A DNA stretch of 63,488 nucleotides, filler included, from Reclinomonas americana ATCC 50394 (lineage: Eukaryota): assembly GCA_048213135.1 (NCBI GenBank). It is 12 parts of 12 records of this genome, joined end to end, with 100 filler letters (N's around TTAATTAATTAA, not from the genome) between each part and the next. Parts side by side here need not be neighbours in the genome. Positions count along the whole stretch, not along the records: positions 1 to 20,927 come from AFZH01017782.1; positions 21,028 to 29,061 come from AFZH01017784.1; 10 more parts are not named here. One strand, 5' to 3'. This document shows, piece by piece, positions 11,601-24,071 of the stretch. Both the position numbers and the translations under genes were made by a program. Each line of letters begins with the position of its first letter. Position 1 is the stretch's first letter. The notes under the pieces were generated by a model, which saw only the letters and a list, made by a program, of their open reading frames with translations, was not told where the DNA came from and made no database searches.

Positions 11601-14600
11601 CGACAAACACCGAATCCTGCGACTCCTTGACGTACTTGTTGTACAGCACCAGCTGTGATGCGATGCGCGTAAATGGCACTCCAGTGGCGAACATAATGTG
11701 CACTCCGTTGACCTGCTCAGCGGAGATGATTCGACGGAAAAGACACAAAGGAGGTTAAGCACAAGTGCACGCACCGCAGCAAAAGCACCGAGCGTATGAC
11801 AGCGGTGATGCCGCGCAATGTCGACTGCACTGTCGAGCCACGGGAGGGTCTTTTGGATTGACACGCCCCACTGCGCCGTGGCACTGCCGTGAACCAGTGC
11901 CGGTACGAGTTGGACAACGTTTGCGGGGAAACGCTGCGGAGCAGGAAACAGATATTCAGTGTGTGATCAACAATTGCACAGCGATATCATTCCCCACCTG
12001 CGCCAGCTGCCAGGCCACCTGCCCAAACTCGAACGCCAGATCCAGATTGCCAAAGTACGAGTGCAATGCGAATGCGAAAAAGGCGTACGCGTCAGCACAC
12101 ACCGCGTGGCTCGCCTCCAGTTGAATCGAGAGCAGAGCGGCGAGGGAGCCCAACCACGCCAGCAGCTCCTGCGCGCCACCAATGAAGAGCAATATGAGTT
12201 GCAGTAATGACCACCGACAGTGCCCTGCGATGAACGAACCGAGCGATGCTCAAACTGCCCGTTGAGGTAGACCACATTCCACGCCGCCGAAATCGCCTTG
12301 ATAAAGTGCAGCACCTCCACAAGATCACACGCTGCGAGGGACGGAAAAGTGAGTTTCTTGAAAACATGGGCAGGCAGTAAGGGTTAACACACACCACCCT
12401 CAAACACGCTGCATGGATCCGGTTCGGCAATCGCCGATCCGCCGCATCGCAACACATACTCGGCAGACTGATCGCCATCGTCCAGGATCAGCTCGCGTGC
12501 GAGCAAATCGCGAGGCTCATTCATGCCCGCCTGGCGCATGTGCTCCATCACTTGCTGCTGTGTCACAACCACCACTTCGCGCAGTGGATCGTCACCTGCA
12601 TGCCACACATGATGATGAGATCTTCTGCGCATTCAGCAACGATGCAGAGAGAGTTGGCACGCACCTTCCAGCGGAACAGCCAAACTGTACTCTTGCAACA
12701 TGCGGTCGACGGCCTTGGTGCCGAGTTGCAAGTCGCCCAGCGCCTGCAGAATGCCAAAGTACATGGCGTAGACTGGCATCCGCTCGGATCGCTTGGTGGC
12801 CTTCTCCAGCACCAGTTCGCACAACTCGCGGGCGCGGCTCAGATTGCCCATGCCTTGCTCCAGAGCAGCCAGCAGACCGTACGCTTGCACAATCAGCTGA
12901 TGTCGATCGCCCCACGAAACCGTACGCGCACGAGATGTCCAGTTCACTGGCGATGTTGACGACGATGTCGCTGATGATGATGATGGTGGTTGGCGTGGTG
13001 AAGCGCCCTCCTGGTGTCGCAGAATCTCTTGCAGCAGCTCGTGTGCATTCAACAACGACGGTTGTGGTTGTGATTGTGGTGCACCTGGAAAAAGAGTGTG
13101 AACAGAGATATCAAGACGCAAACTAATTCTCTCTCGCCCCGCTCACAAACCATGACTGCGCGGCACCGCCTGCTGCAGGAGGTGCCTCTGCTGAATCAAC
13201 CACATTTCGTGAATGGCCACCGCATGCCGTGCAAACTCCAGGCCCGTCTCAAAGGAGCCACTCCTCCGCGCCTCGTAGCTGGCCAGCACATTGATGGTGG
13301 CCACCAGCACCTGGTACGAAGGATTCTCCACCATGTCGAACAGCTTGAAGCCCATGTTGAAGTGGTTGACCATGTCGAAGAGCATCGACGGATCAATCGT
13401 CTGCCTGCGCACCTGCAGCTGCTCCTCGCGCCGCAGTCGCTCGTACTGCGCGCGCAAGTGCTGCACGCGAGACAGCTCCGACGCAAATGGCACCGCCGAG
13501 AACAGCACCACGAGATTGGGGAAGCGGTAAAAGGTCTTCAGTGCCAGGTGGAAGTGGAGAAGCGCACTCTGCTCCGGCGAGTTGAGGCTGTAGGCGGCTC
13601 CCCGCACGCGTGGATGCACAAAGGTGTAGGTGCTCTCCAGTTCGGTCGAGTGTCGCATCGACAGCTCCAGGGAGTGCACCGAGGCCGAGGCTGAGGGTGG
13701 GGGAGGAAGGGGGAGGGGGTGAGGGGGGTGAGGGGGGAGAGGGGGGAGAAGGGGGGAGAAGGGGGAGAAGGAGGGGAAGGGGGGGAAGGGGGAGAAGGAG
13801 GCGAAGTAAAAGGGAAGCAAGAGAATGGAGGGGGAGGAAAGGAGAAGCAGCTAAAGAAGAGGAGAGAATACAGGATGGGCAGAGTAGAAAAGCATGGAAT
13901 GAAAGGGATTGGGAAGGCGAGTTGAAAAGGACTGAAAAGCAGAACTGAGAAAGAAGGGAGCAGAGCTGCGAAAGAGTTGAGCACAGCGACGACCAAAAGA
14001 GACCGGGGGAGAAGAAGGATTGGATAGAAGCGAATTGAAGGAGAAGCGAGGAAGACAAGGCTGGAAGAAGTAAAGAACGAAGCAACACACGAGAGGGAAG
14101 GGAGGAGATTAAAAAGCATGGGAAACAGAGACTGAGGAAGACGAAAGGAATTGTTTTGAAGGAAATAAGAAGCAGAGCTGAGGAGAAATGAGAGGCAGAG
14201 CTGAGAAATAGGAGAACAGAGCTGCAGACTAGAAGAATAGAAAGGAGGGGCAAAGAGACAAGGGAAGAAGGAGGAATGGATTTGAAGGAAACATGAAGGA
14301 GAGCTGAAGAGGAACGTGAGGCAGCTGAGAAAATGGAGAACAAGGCTGCAGAAGAGGAGAGAACAAAGGACAGGCAAAATAGACTGAAGAAGAAGAGAAA
14401 AGCGAGTTGGAAGAGAACGAGAAGGACGAGAAGAGTGGAGCGGCTGACCAGATGTGATAAACAACAAAGGTGTATGGCGAAATGATAGAATAAGGATCGA
14501 AGAAAGAAGAAGAGTGGAGGGCGAATGACTGTCCGAGCATGATGAAGAAGTAAGGAATCATCAATTTAGGCACGCAACTAGCAAGGGGACCAGACACGGC

Positions 14601-17600
14601 CAGGGAGTTGGTGGTGGGTCCGCTTTCGGTGAACCAGCCCTCCTGGACGCACTCAAACAGCAGGTCGCGGAACTCTTGCACAGTGCGAATCGAGTGTTCC
14701 TGCGCCACATTGCATGTCAAGAAATGGTGTCACCGCAATGAGTCGCCCACTTCCAATGACAAACCGTATCGGTGTTGGCCGACTCGACGAGCAGCAGCTG
14801 GCGCACACTGAAACGCATGCCAACAATGGCCGCCGAGCGCAACAGCCGCTGCACCTTCACCGAGCCACGCGACTGCAACCGGTGGATCATGAAGTCCACC
14901 ACGTTCTCCGACGCTTGCATGCGTGTGTGCAGCTTCGCCAAGTCCACCTTCCACTGCTGTCGCTGGTAGTCAAAGTGGAGAATGCTTTCCTCGTAGATCT
15001 GCAAGCGGCACAGTGAGACTTGGAAAGGCTCTTCAGGGGAACTGAAACCACTACAAACCGTGTGCAGCCACTCGCGCACGTAGAACGGGTTGCCCTTGGT
15101 GCACTGCATGATCGAGGAGGCGAGGTCGTGGAACTCGCCCTGGCTGGTGTCACAGTGGAGAGTGTCGCGGATCATGCGCGCCACGTGCTCGTGATTGAGC
15201 AACTCCAACTGGATGTCGCACACCTCGGCTCCGCACGCCGCCAGCGCCGACACCTTGGCACTGATGCCGTTCATCACATCGCTCACACCACCCCCATGCC
15301 GCGTGTCCGTGGCATCGTCGCGGTACGACAAGGCAATGGCCAGACGACCGCTGCTGTACTCGGTGGGCGCCACCGTCGACATGAGTGCGGAAATGAGTTG
15401 CGCCGTGCTGGCGTCGGCACAATGGACGTTGTCAAAGGTGACCAGCAGCGTGTTCTGGCGGCCTGGCCGGTCGTGCAGGCCGTTTCCGGCGGCCACGGCC
15501 AACAGAATCGAGACAACAGCGTCGCGCACAGCATCCATGGCGGGAATGCCGGGAGTGGTGGTCTCAGAGAGAGCACCCGCTTGTGGGCCACTATTGTCGG
15601 CATTGTTGGGCGTGTGCACGTCGCCAAAGAGCGCATCACCCTCCAGCAATGGCGCAAACTCGGGAATTAGCGGCAATAACATGCTGCCGCGATCTGCGAA
15701 TGGAGGAAAAGGACAAGAGGTGTGATTACTCGTCACAGAATCACTCATAATTTGCATGGCACCAACCTTGCAAGGCGCGCATCACCACATCTCGCCAAGC
15801 GTGAAAATCAACGTCACGTTGCGCAATCAAAAACGTGACCAGCTGGCGCATCAGCTCACGAATGGCAGCCGATGGCCGCGAGTGGCTATACTCGTCAAAG
15901 GCCACTGCCAGGCACACAGCCTGTCCGATGGCGGCCGTGTCCGAGTCGTCGGTAGACGCCTCGGTGACCAGCTGTTGAATCTCCGACAGCAGCGCCGTTT
16001 TGCCGGCACCGGGTTCACCATGCACGAGGACTACGGAGACTTGTGGGGCGGACATGGCCGAGGCTATGAGGGGAGAGGGTGGATGAGAAGAAAAAACCAA
16101 GGAGAAGTAGGGGAGACAACAGCAGAACAAAAAAGCGCAGAAGTGACAAGGAGAAACGGTGGAGAGCATGAAGAATGCAGAGGAGGAAAAGGAGACAGGA
16201 AACGGGCTGCGGAAAAGAATAGAGAGACGAATAAAAACACAACTAACATCAACGAATCGAGAAAGAAGAGGAAAGCGGAAAAGAAGACAACAGAAATGTT
16301 GTCGCAGGAGAGACAAAACGAGAACTAGATGGAGAATAGCAAAACAGCCACAACAGCAACAATACCAAGAAGAAGGAGATCAAGAAGAGTAAACCACAAA
16401 GAAAACCAAGAAAATGCAGAAGAAAACGCAGAGAAGATCGACGATTAGCAATCGAAGAGGATACAGGAGGAGGAGCTGGATAACAGCTGACGGAGGAGAT
16501 GACGATGAAGAAGAAGCGAGAGAATAGAGGTGGAAAACTGCAGCAACAACAGCATCAACAAAAACACGAATAACGAGTTCATGATGTAGGCAAGTGACTC
16601 GAGACGATTAATGGGAACGGACATGACATGCGAATGAAAGAGAAACGAGTGGGTTGCGAGACTTCGGTACATAAGACACATCGCCTTTCGACACAGAAGA
16701 GCATCAACGAGATATCACCAAGAATGCATTCCCTTGTATATCACACTTCCAATTTCTCCCGTCTCCCCTTTTCCCTTCCCCCTTCCCTCTCCCCCCTCTT
16801 CTCCTCTTCCCCCGTCCTCGTTTCCCCTTCTCTCTTCTCCCTTCCACCTGTCTCTCCCCTCAACCCCTGTCTCTATCTCACTCATTTCTCCCCCTTTCTT
16901 CCCTCGTTCCCCTTTCCCTCTTCCCCCTTCCCCCTTCCCCCTTCTCCCTTCTCCCTTCTCCCTTCCCCTCCCCCCTTTCCCCATACGCACCACGTCGCTC
17001 GAAACGATTACGAGCAAACGGCGAACTCCCGTGCGACAGCGAGCGTGACGAGCGCCGACTCCGCCGCTGCTGCATGTTGCGCGCAGCAATGGCTTGCATG
17101 GCCTGCTGCAGCGCTGCCTCGCGGCCGTACAGCTTGTTGGGAATGTGGAATGAGTTGTCGACCTCGCACTGGCCGGCCACAAACGACTCCAGTTCCTGCA
17201 AGAGATAGTGAGGACAAAGAAAGTACAAAAAGACAGCACCGCCTGCGTGGTCACCTTTTCCGCCAAAAACAGTCGATCGCGCACAAACTCCATGTCGAGA
17301 GCCAAGCCGAGGGCCGTCTGGTACCGATGCGCAGGATCCTTGGCCAGCAGCTTGGCCACAATGTTGGAGATGCACTGCGGAATCACCATGGTGCCGTCGG
17401 CCGTGAGGTGCGTGAGGGAGCGCGACTGCGAGTTGCTTCCGTGTCGGTGTGTGGTCGACGTGAGTGGCGGCGGCACGCGCGCAATGTGGCTGTGGATCAG
17501 ATCCAGCGGATCGTCGCACGTGAATGGTGGCTTGCCCGCCAGCAACTCGTACGCAATGACGCCCAGAGTGTACAGATCGCTGCGGTCGTCGACAGCCACA

Positions 17601-18859
17601 CGCCCGAGACGGCCCGTCTGTTCCGGACTGGTGTACAAGAAGAACTGGCGCACCGACTGACCCTCGCTGAGTGGCTGCTGCGACGCCTGCACAAAGTGCT
17701 GATCGGTGGTGTTGCGAAAGGCCACCACCGAGGCCATGCTGAGGTCGAGCAGGCGCACTCGCGCATGCCGAAAATCAAGATCGCTCAGCGGCAACGCCGC
17801 CTGCGCGCCATCGTCATACGACGACGAGCCCGACACCGGCTGCGACCGGCTGTACATCAGCAAGCCGTCATTGGCACTGAGATCGGTGGCCGAGCCGTGT
17901 TCGGCGGTGAGCGGTGGGAATTCGAGCACAATGTTGTAGGGCTTCAGGTTGCGATGCGCAATGTTGGCCGCGTGCACCCGCTGCAGCGCATGCGCAATCG
18001 CCGGCATGATCTCACAAAACACCGACACGGAGAGGCGACGCGACTGCGCAAACTTGACCTGGATCAGGTCTTGCAACGACAACACCGTCGCGGTGGAGGG
18101 ATACGGCGGCAGCGAGTCCTCCGGGTACCACGTGAGAGCCAGGGCGGCGCGACCGGCACCCAAGTCGACGAACTCGAGCGGGCGAAACACAGAGCCAGTG
18201 GCCACCTCGTGCAGGCGACGGCACATGGCCCAGTCTTGGAGGAGAGCGCGCTGCATGTGCTCAGTCTGCGTACCACGTGAGCTGTCACCCCTTCAACGCC
18301 TCGTGAGGCAGCACGCAACTGGAAACTCGGCATTGGGTGCCACCAGCAGGCACGGCAGTCCATCCTCGCGGCGCACACACTGGAGAACCGACCACTCGGC
18401 GCCCAGATATGATCGTTTCGTCAGCACAGCAAACGATTCCTGAATGTGCAAGTGCAGCGGCTGATCGCCGTGATCGCCATCGTCGCCGTCGACCGACACG
18501 GCTGGGTCCTCTGAGCGCTCACTCTCTGCCACACCAACGCCCGCCGTGGTCGCAGTGGAGCGCGACAGCGACGGCGAGGCAATCACACTGCCACTGCGCA
18601 GACGCGCCGCCGACGGTGTGTACGACAGCGATGCGCCTGAGGGTGGCGTTGTCAGCAGCTTGCTGGCCGTTGGTGTGCGCTCGAGTGGCATGGCGAGGGA
18701 AGGAGGCGGCGGTGAGGCCATGGATGAGAGAGGTGTGCCGCCAACCGCACTAGCCGAGGATATGCCAATGGTCGTGCCTCGTCGCTCGCGGTGTGTGCCG
18801 CGCGAGGCCATCATCTCCCGTTGCACCGCCAGTGGCGGTTGCAGGCGTCGCGAGGACAT
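5649..18859 (-). CDS. Multi-exon hybrid signalling protein: Ser/Thr kinase-like domain + STAND/AAA_16 ATPase + helical region + GAF + class III adenylate cyclase + long low-complexity tail
   Basis: Kinase: HRNLKPYNI, YTSPEQTGR..DDRSDLYTLG..YELLAGKPPF, KLLAKDPAHRYQTA. ATPase: LYGRE, VHGEPGAGKT, LLVTFDNVHCAD, TKGNPFY. GAF: MDLSSVMKAMQAVSMEIRLDHLL..ENTGAEWG, SIICLPV..YMENN. Cyclase: AYERFLP, VLFMDIRGFT, IDKFIGDAIMALF, IGIGIHSG, EGTVIADTVN/ASRLEGLTK. Plausible GT-AG junctions link the segments, including the 3' tail exon ending TAA at 5649; not every junction was verified. Confidence 0.88.
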
Positions 18860-19086
18860 TGGAGGTGAGGGTGAGATGCGTCCGTGCGCGATCGATCTCA
18901 ATCAAAGAAAAACTATCCGTTATGCGATTTCTCGAAAAATCGATGAAAAAGTGATCTTGGGATCTAAGGCTTGCATTGCCATTGCGCAGTGAGCTTCATT
19001 GGGAGGGATCGCATTAATTATGGATTTCGATTCCTCTAGGTGACGAGTGACCCAGGGGCGTGAGCGCAGTAAAAAAAAATAGTCGA

Positions 19087-21037
19087 TTATGACCGGCGCT
19101 CAGAGTTTGGTGCTGCTGCTGCAGCGGGTGCTGCTGCTGCGGGTGTTGAGGACGGGATGTCCACGACAGTCTCCTCCAACATGTGGTGGCGCGGATGTAC
19201 GGGCTTCACCAGGCTGTTGGAGACAAGCGCAATGGCGAGCACGCCAGCCATCGAGTACATGCTGCAAGGGATTCATGGTCAGCACTTGTGTTAATCACGA
19301 AACAAGCACCGCGTAAGGACGAAACGTGGTGTTGTAAAGAGCTGCAGCAAGCAACATGTGTGCATGGAGGTGAGTAGGGGATGAGAGAGCACGAGGGGAT
19401 TCTCCTGTTTGCCGCACCTGGAGTCGGGTCCAGTGTGCCCGGCGGAGCGATTTCCATCAGACGTGCAATGGTGACCGTCTTGGTGCGCCGCAAAGTCAGT
19501 GAAACAAGGATGGTTGCAGAACAACAACAACGACAGCATGTCAAACCTTGGCCTCTGTGAGTGCCTTGAGGTCGGCCAGTGGAGCACCGAAAGCCTGCTC
19601 AAAACGTGCCGGATCGACAGTGGCCGCCAGGTCACGAATGGCCTGGTGCACCGACGACTCGCGCAACTTGGTGATGGCCAGCGGGCCAAACACGCCGGCC
19701 GCACTCCATGCGGTCAGAAGACTGCAACGTGAATTCAAAGGTGAGTTTCGTGTGGAGACAGACGGGAGGGAAGTCTCCTTCGCACACACCGTCCGTGGAT
19801 GCCACCGACATATTTCGTGCCAAACATGTCGGCCAGGTACGCGGGGATGGTGCTGATGCTCGACGGGTGAAAGGGAGGAACTACAAAGCAATTCAACTCA
19901 AGGGCGAAAAAACTCACGCAAAACCGCCGCCATAGAACGTGAAAATGGCCATGGTGGAGCCGTAGAAGAGAAGCAGCGGGGCGATACCGGGGCTGGCGCT
20001 GACCCAGCTGGCGGCGAAGGGGATCGACAGGTACAACGGAATGCCGCCCTGCACCACACTATTAAGCACATCAAAAGGATACAAGCAAAGCATGGGGTCG
20101 ACGCACCGCAAAGAACACCATGTAGGTGTTCTTCCGGCCAATCACATCGCTGAGACTGGCCCACAGGAAGCGGCCGCCCATGTTGAACAGTGAAATCTGC
20201 GCATTACAGCAATGAGACATACGCTCAATATCCCTTACCTCTCCTCGCCCCGCACGCACCATGGTGACATAGGTGGCGGCAAACGAGGCGTCCACAATGG
20301 TGGGCAGGGCACCACCGAAAATGTCGCGCATCATGGTCGCCGCCACGCCGAGCACGCCAATGCCGGCAGTCACATTGCAGCACAGGTTGATCCACAGCAA
20401 GTAGAATTGCTTCGTCTTGATGGCCTGTGTGTGTCGCGCGCACAGGTGGGTATGGAGATGAAGGTGAGTGGAGAATGACAACGCACCTCGTCAATGTGCA
20501 CATTGCGGGTGGTGATCAGCGAGTGCTTGCCCGTGGTGGCACCGGCTGTCGGAGGGGTGTATCCAGCGGGCACCCAGGTCGGCGACGGAATGCGGTACGC
20601 AAAGGCCGCCAGTGTCATGATGGCCCAGTAGACAGCGCCAAGGGTGAGCATGGTGCTGGCGGCTCCCGTTGAGCCCGTGCCGACCAGATAGACACCTGCC
20701 GAGCATGCAAGTCAAAAGAAGAAGGAAGAACGCTAAAAATGGCGAGATGGGGGGGCCAATCGTAACCTTCTTGCAGACCGGGGAACTGCGACGAGGCCAG
20801 ATCGGCGTGCGTCGCCACCACCACTTCGCGCAGTTGATCGCCGATTTGAACAACACGCTGTGCGATCAATGATAAGAAGGGAGGATGCAAGGGGAAGAGA
20901 TGGGGGAAGACCAAGGGGGAAGACCAANNNNNNNNNNNNNNNNNNNNNNNNNNNNNNNNNNNNNNNNNNNNTTAATTAATTAANNNNNNNNNNNNNNNNN
21001 NNNNNNNNNNNNNNNNNNNNNNNNNNNTCTCTCATCC

Positions 21038-21075
<38 letters not shown>

Positions 21076-21413
21076 ACTCACTCACTCACTCACTCGCTCA
21101 TCCCGTCCTTCTCTCTCCCTCCTTCTCCCCTCCTTCTCTCTCCCTCCCCCTTCTCTCTCCCTCTCCCCCACCAAACTCACCCAATACACAAATGCACACC
21201 CAACGCCGCTGGCGGCACCAACCACCGATTGAAACCCGCTCGCGCCACAATGCTCTCCTTGCGAAACACACGCGGAATGCGCGATTCCTTGCCCACAGAA
21301 GAAGAAGACGAAGAAGAAGCAGGCAATGACGATGACGACGAGAGCAGTCGCATGCCAGTTGATAACAACAAAGGCCGCCGCAAAGGAAGCATTGCGCGGG
21401 AAAAAGCCAACAT
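19087..21413 (-). CDS. MFS transporter, oxalate:formate antiporter (OFA)-like family, with a putative mitochondrial presequence; part of the gene falls in the gap 20928-21027
   Basis: FNRWLVPPAALGVHLCIG, FYLLWINLCCNVTAGIGVL, SLFNMGGRFLWASLSDVIGRKNTY, YGGGFA..IPAYLADMFGTKYVGGIHGR, LLTAWSAAGVFGP, LYNTTMYSMAGVL. Stop TAA at 19087. Confidence 0.9.
20928..21027. other. Assembly gap spacer (44 N + TTAATTAATTAA + 44 N); the same spacer occurs at 29062, 33465, 41281, 49301, 52466, 54348, 57371, 58662, 60574 and 62260
   Basis: Identical 100-bp construct with stops in all six frames; most copies are flanked by microsatellite or low-complexity sequence. Confidence 0.98.
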
Positions 21414-21728
21414 ATTTGCCGGTGTGACAATCGTCGGCGCGCGAGCACGGTTGTCACCATCGAACATCGCACACGCAGTCGCAGTGAGAGAGACAGACAT
21501 GGGCCACGAAGTTGCGTTGAGTGAGAGAGCGTGTGTGTGTGAGTGAGAGAAGAGAACGCGCATATGTCATGTGCTGGAGTGTTCACTGAACAAGATTGTC
21601 GGAAAATATATAGTGTCGCGCATTGAGTGTATATGTGTGTGATGCACAGTGAGCGAGCGAGAGAGAGCCTGTCATCGCACACTGTCGCACACACCGAGTG
21701 AGAATCAGTGACGCACGTGGGGTGCGAC

Positions 21729-23309
21729 ATGTCGTCATTCCCCCTCAACGCCTCTCTTCTCGCACAGCACGGACAGCCTACTCCCGCGTCACCGCCGAGC
21801 CAGCAAGGCGGTTACCCGCCACAGGGCGGCGCGCCTGGTTACCCGGCGCCTCCGCCTCCGGGTTACCCGCCGCAAGGTTACCCGCCACCGCCGGGCTCCC
21901 AGCCGGGTTACCCGCCGCAGCAGCCCGGATACCCACCGCAGGGCTACCCGCCACAGGGATACCCGCAGCAGCCTGGTTACCCGCCGCAGGGATACCCGCC
22001 GCAGGGATACCCGCAGCAGCCGGGGTACCCGCCGCAGGGTTACCCCGGGCAGCCGGGATCGTATCCTGGACAGGTACCGGTCTGTGTTGCTGCTCTCTAT
22101 GGCCTCCTCTTTCTCTGCTTGTGTGTGACTCATGCTCTGTGTGTAGCCTGGATCGTACCCGGCTCCGCAGGTGTGTCTGTTGGTGCTGCTTTGCAACTGC
22201 TGCAACGCGCGCGCGCTGAAATGCATCTTGTTGTTGTCGAAATAGGTGACTGTCGTGCAGACGACGGTGAAGGAGCAGGGCAGCTGCATGGAGCGCTTCA
22301 AGCTGGCGATTCCGCGCATGCGTCTGTGGTGGGGCATCATCTGCTTCATCTTTGTTGCGTCTTTGCTTGCAGTGCATGATCACCTGCCGGTGAACTCACG
22401 TTCCTGTTTGTTAGAACCTCCTGCCGGGTGCGCTGGGCACGCTGATTGGTGCCATTGCTGGTGGCAGTGAGGGTACGTGGCGTGTGTTGCGATGCCTGTG
22501 TCTTGTTGTCCAGTGCTGACTCGTGTTGTGCAGAGTGCTGCTGCCCGATCCCGGTTCGCCGCGAGTGCATCATGCGTGTGTGGGCGAGGATGATGTGCGT
22601 TGATTGCTCACGTGTCATCGTTAATGTGTGCAGAAGGGAGACGGTACCGCCAAGCAGGATGTGGCCACGGGTTGCGGAGGTGAGTTGGAGTGGAGCGTGA
22701 ATTGTATGTACGCGAGTGATGCTGATTATCATGTCATGTCTGCGTAGTGTTCTGGATTAACTTCTGGTTCGCCTCCGCTGCTCCGTCGTGAGATTGATGT
22801 CCTTTTCTAACCTTGTGTCTTGCTTTTTTGCGACTCGCCATGACCAATAGGGTGTGGTGAGTGGTGCACGATTGCAGCAGCTGTGCAAGTCTGTTTGTCT
22901 CTGACCTCTCTTCTTTCTTCTCTCTTTGCAGGGTCCTCCAACTCGCCAGCACACTGATCTTCTTTATTGGTTTGTCGAAATATTGCTACCTTGCCTTCCT
23001 TTGCGTCTTGGCTTAATTCTTACCTTGCCGTTCTGCATCCCAGGCTACGTGTGGTGTGTATGCAACACCATCAACCATGTCGTGCTTGTGCAGTCTCTCA
23101 CTGCTTTCTCGTGTGCAGGGGCATCATGTGGGGTGTGCTGATGCTCACCTCGTCGATCGAGGTGTCGTCGCAGGGCAACCGCGAGGGCAAGGTTCGCCAC
23201 CTCTACTCACCACCGCACTCCTCCCCTCCGTCCACTCATACTCACCTCTCCTCTTTCCTTCCTGCCTGCACAGCAAACCACGACGCAGACGGTCATTGTC
23301 AACAGCTGA
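21729..23309 (+). CDS. STUM/SPEC3-family small membrane protein with an N-terminal (GYPPQ)n repeat; about 12 exons, many of them micro-exons (start codon uncertain)
   Basis: Manual splicing gives [32 protein letters not shown]...[34 protein letters not shown]...SQG. This matches the STUM pattern AIPxM...CLxLN..PGLGT...VFWLN.....IQ......GW..SIFWG. Confidence 0.8.
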
Positions 23310-24071
23310 GCACAATCTCTCGGCCTCGTTTTTGTGTCTCTTTTCTTGTGCGCTCCTCCGCCGCTACTTACCCAGCGACGGAGAGTCTTTTATATACATC
23401 ATTTCTCTCTCTCTCGTGTGCGCGCCCATGAAAGAGTCATTACATACTCGCCCAATTTAACGCTGTCGGTCCATGATTGCTGTGAAATTTCAGCACGTAC
23501 CCAATTACGTTGTTGTGTCCGTCTGTGTGTGGACCTCTCTGCTCAGTGAGAGAGTGTGTGTGCACAAGCGCGTGACTAGTGCAACCCGCGTGCGTGTGTG
23601 AGAGAGAGCACACAGTGTGCCCTCACTTGCTCTTCACAAAAGATGATGGTGTGCAAAATCGAAAAACTGTGGCCGTTTGTTCCATTCTGCGCAATCACTC
23701 ACTCTCTCTCTCTCTCTTGCTCTTGTGCTCTCTCTCTCTCTCTCTCTCCCTCTGTTATATTCACAATGAGCGCAGAAGTTTCCGCGCACAGTGTACACAG
23801 GCAGCCGAGCCAAGGAGGCAAGTGCTCTTTCAATCATCTGCGGCAGTGAGCGTTGACTGACGACCCTCTCTCTCTCTTTCTCTGTGTATGTGCGTGTGTC
23901 TGTGCCATGTGTCTGTCTTTGTGTGTTTGCTTCTGTGTCCATTTCTCGAACTCCCCACTGCTCTTTCCCTGTCTGTCTGTCCTCTCTTCCCCTTTCTCTC
24001 TCCTCTCTGCTCTCTCCCTCTCTTCCCCTTCTCTGTCCCTCTCTCTCTCTCTCCCTCTTGTCACTGAACAG

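Noticed and set aside
20972..20983. Recurrent TTAATTAATTAA as a genomic repeat or element terminus
   Set aside because: Always centred in 44+44 N; it is an artificial six-frame stop spacer.
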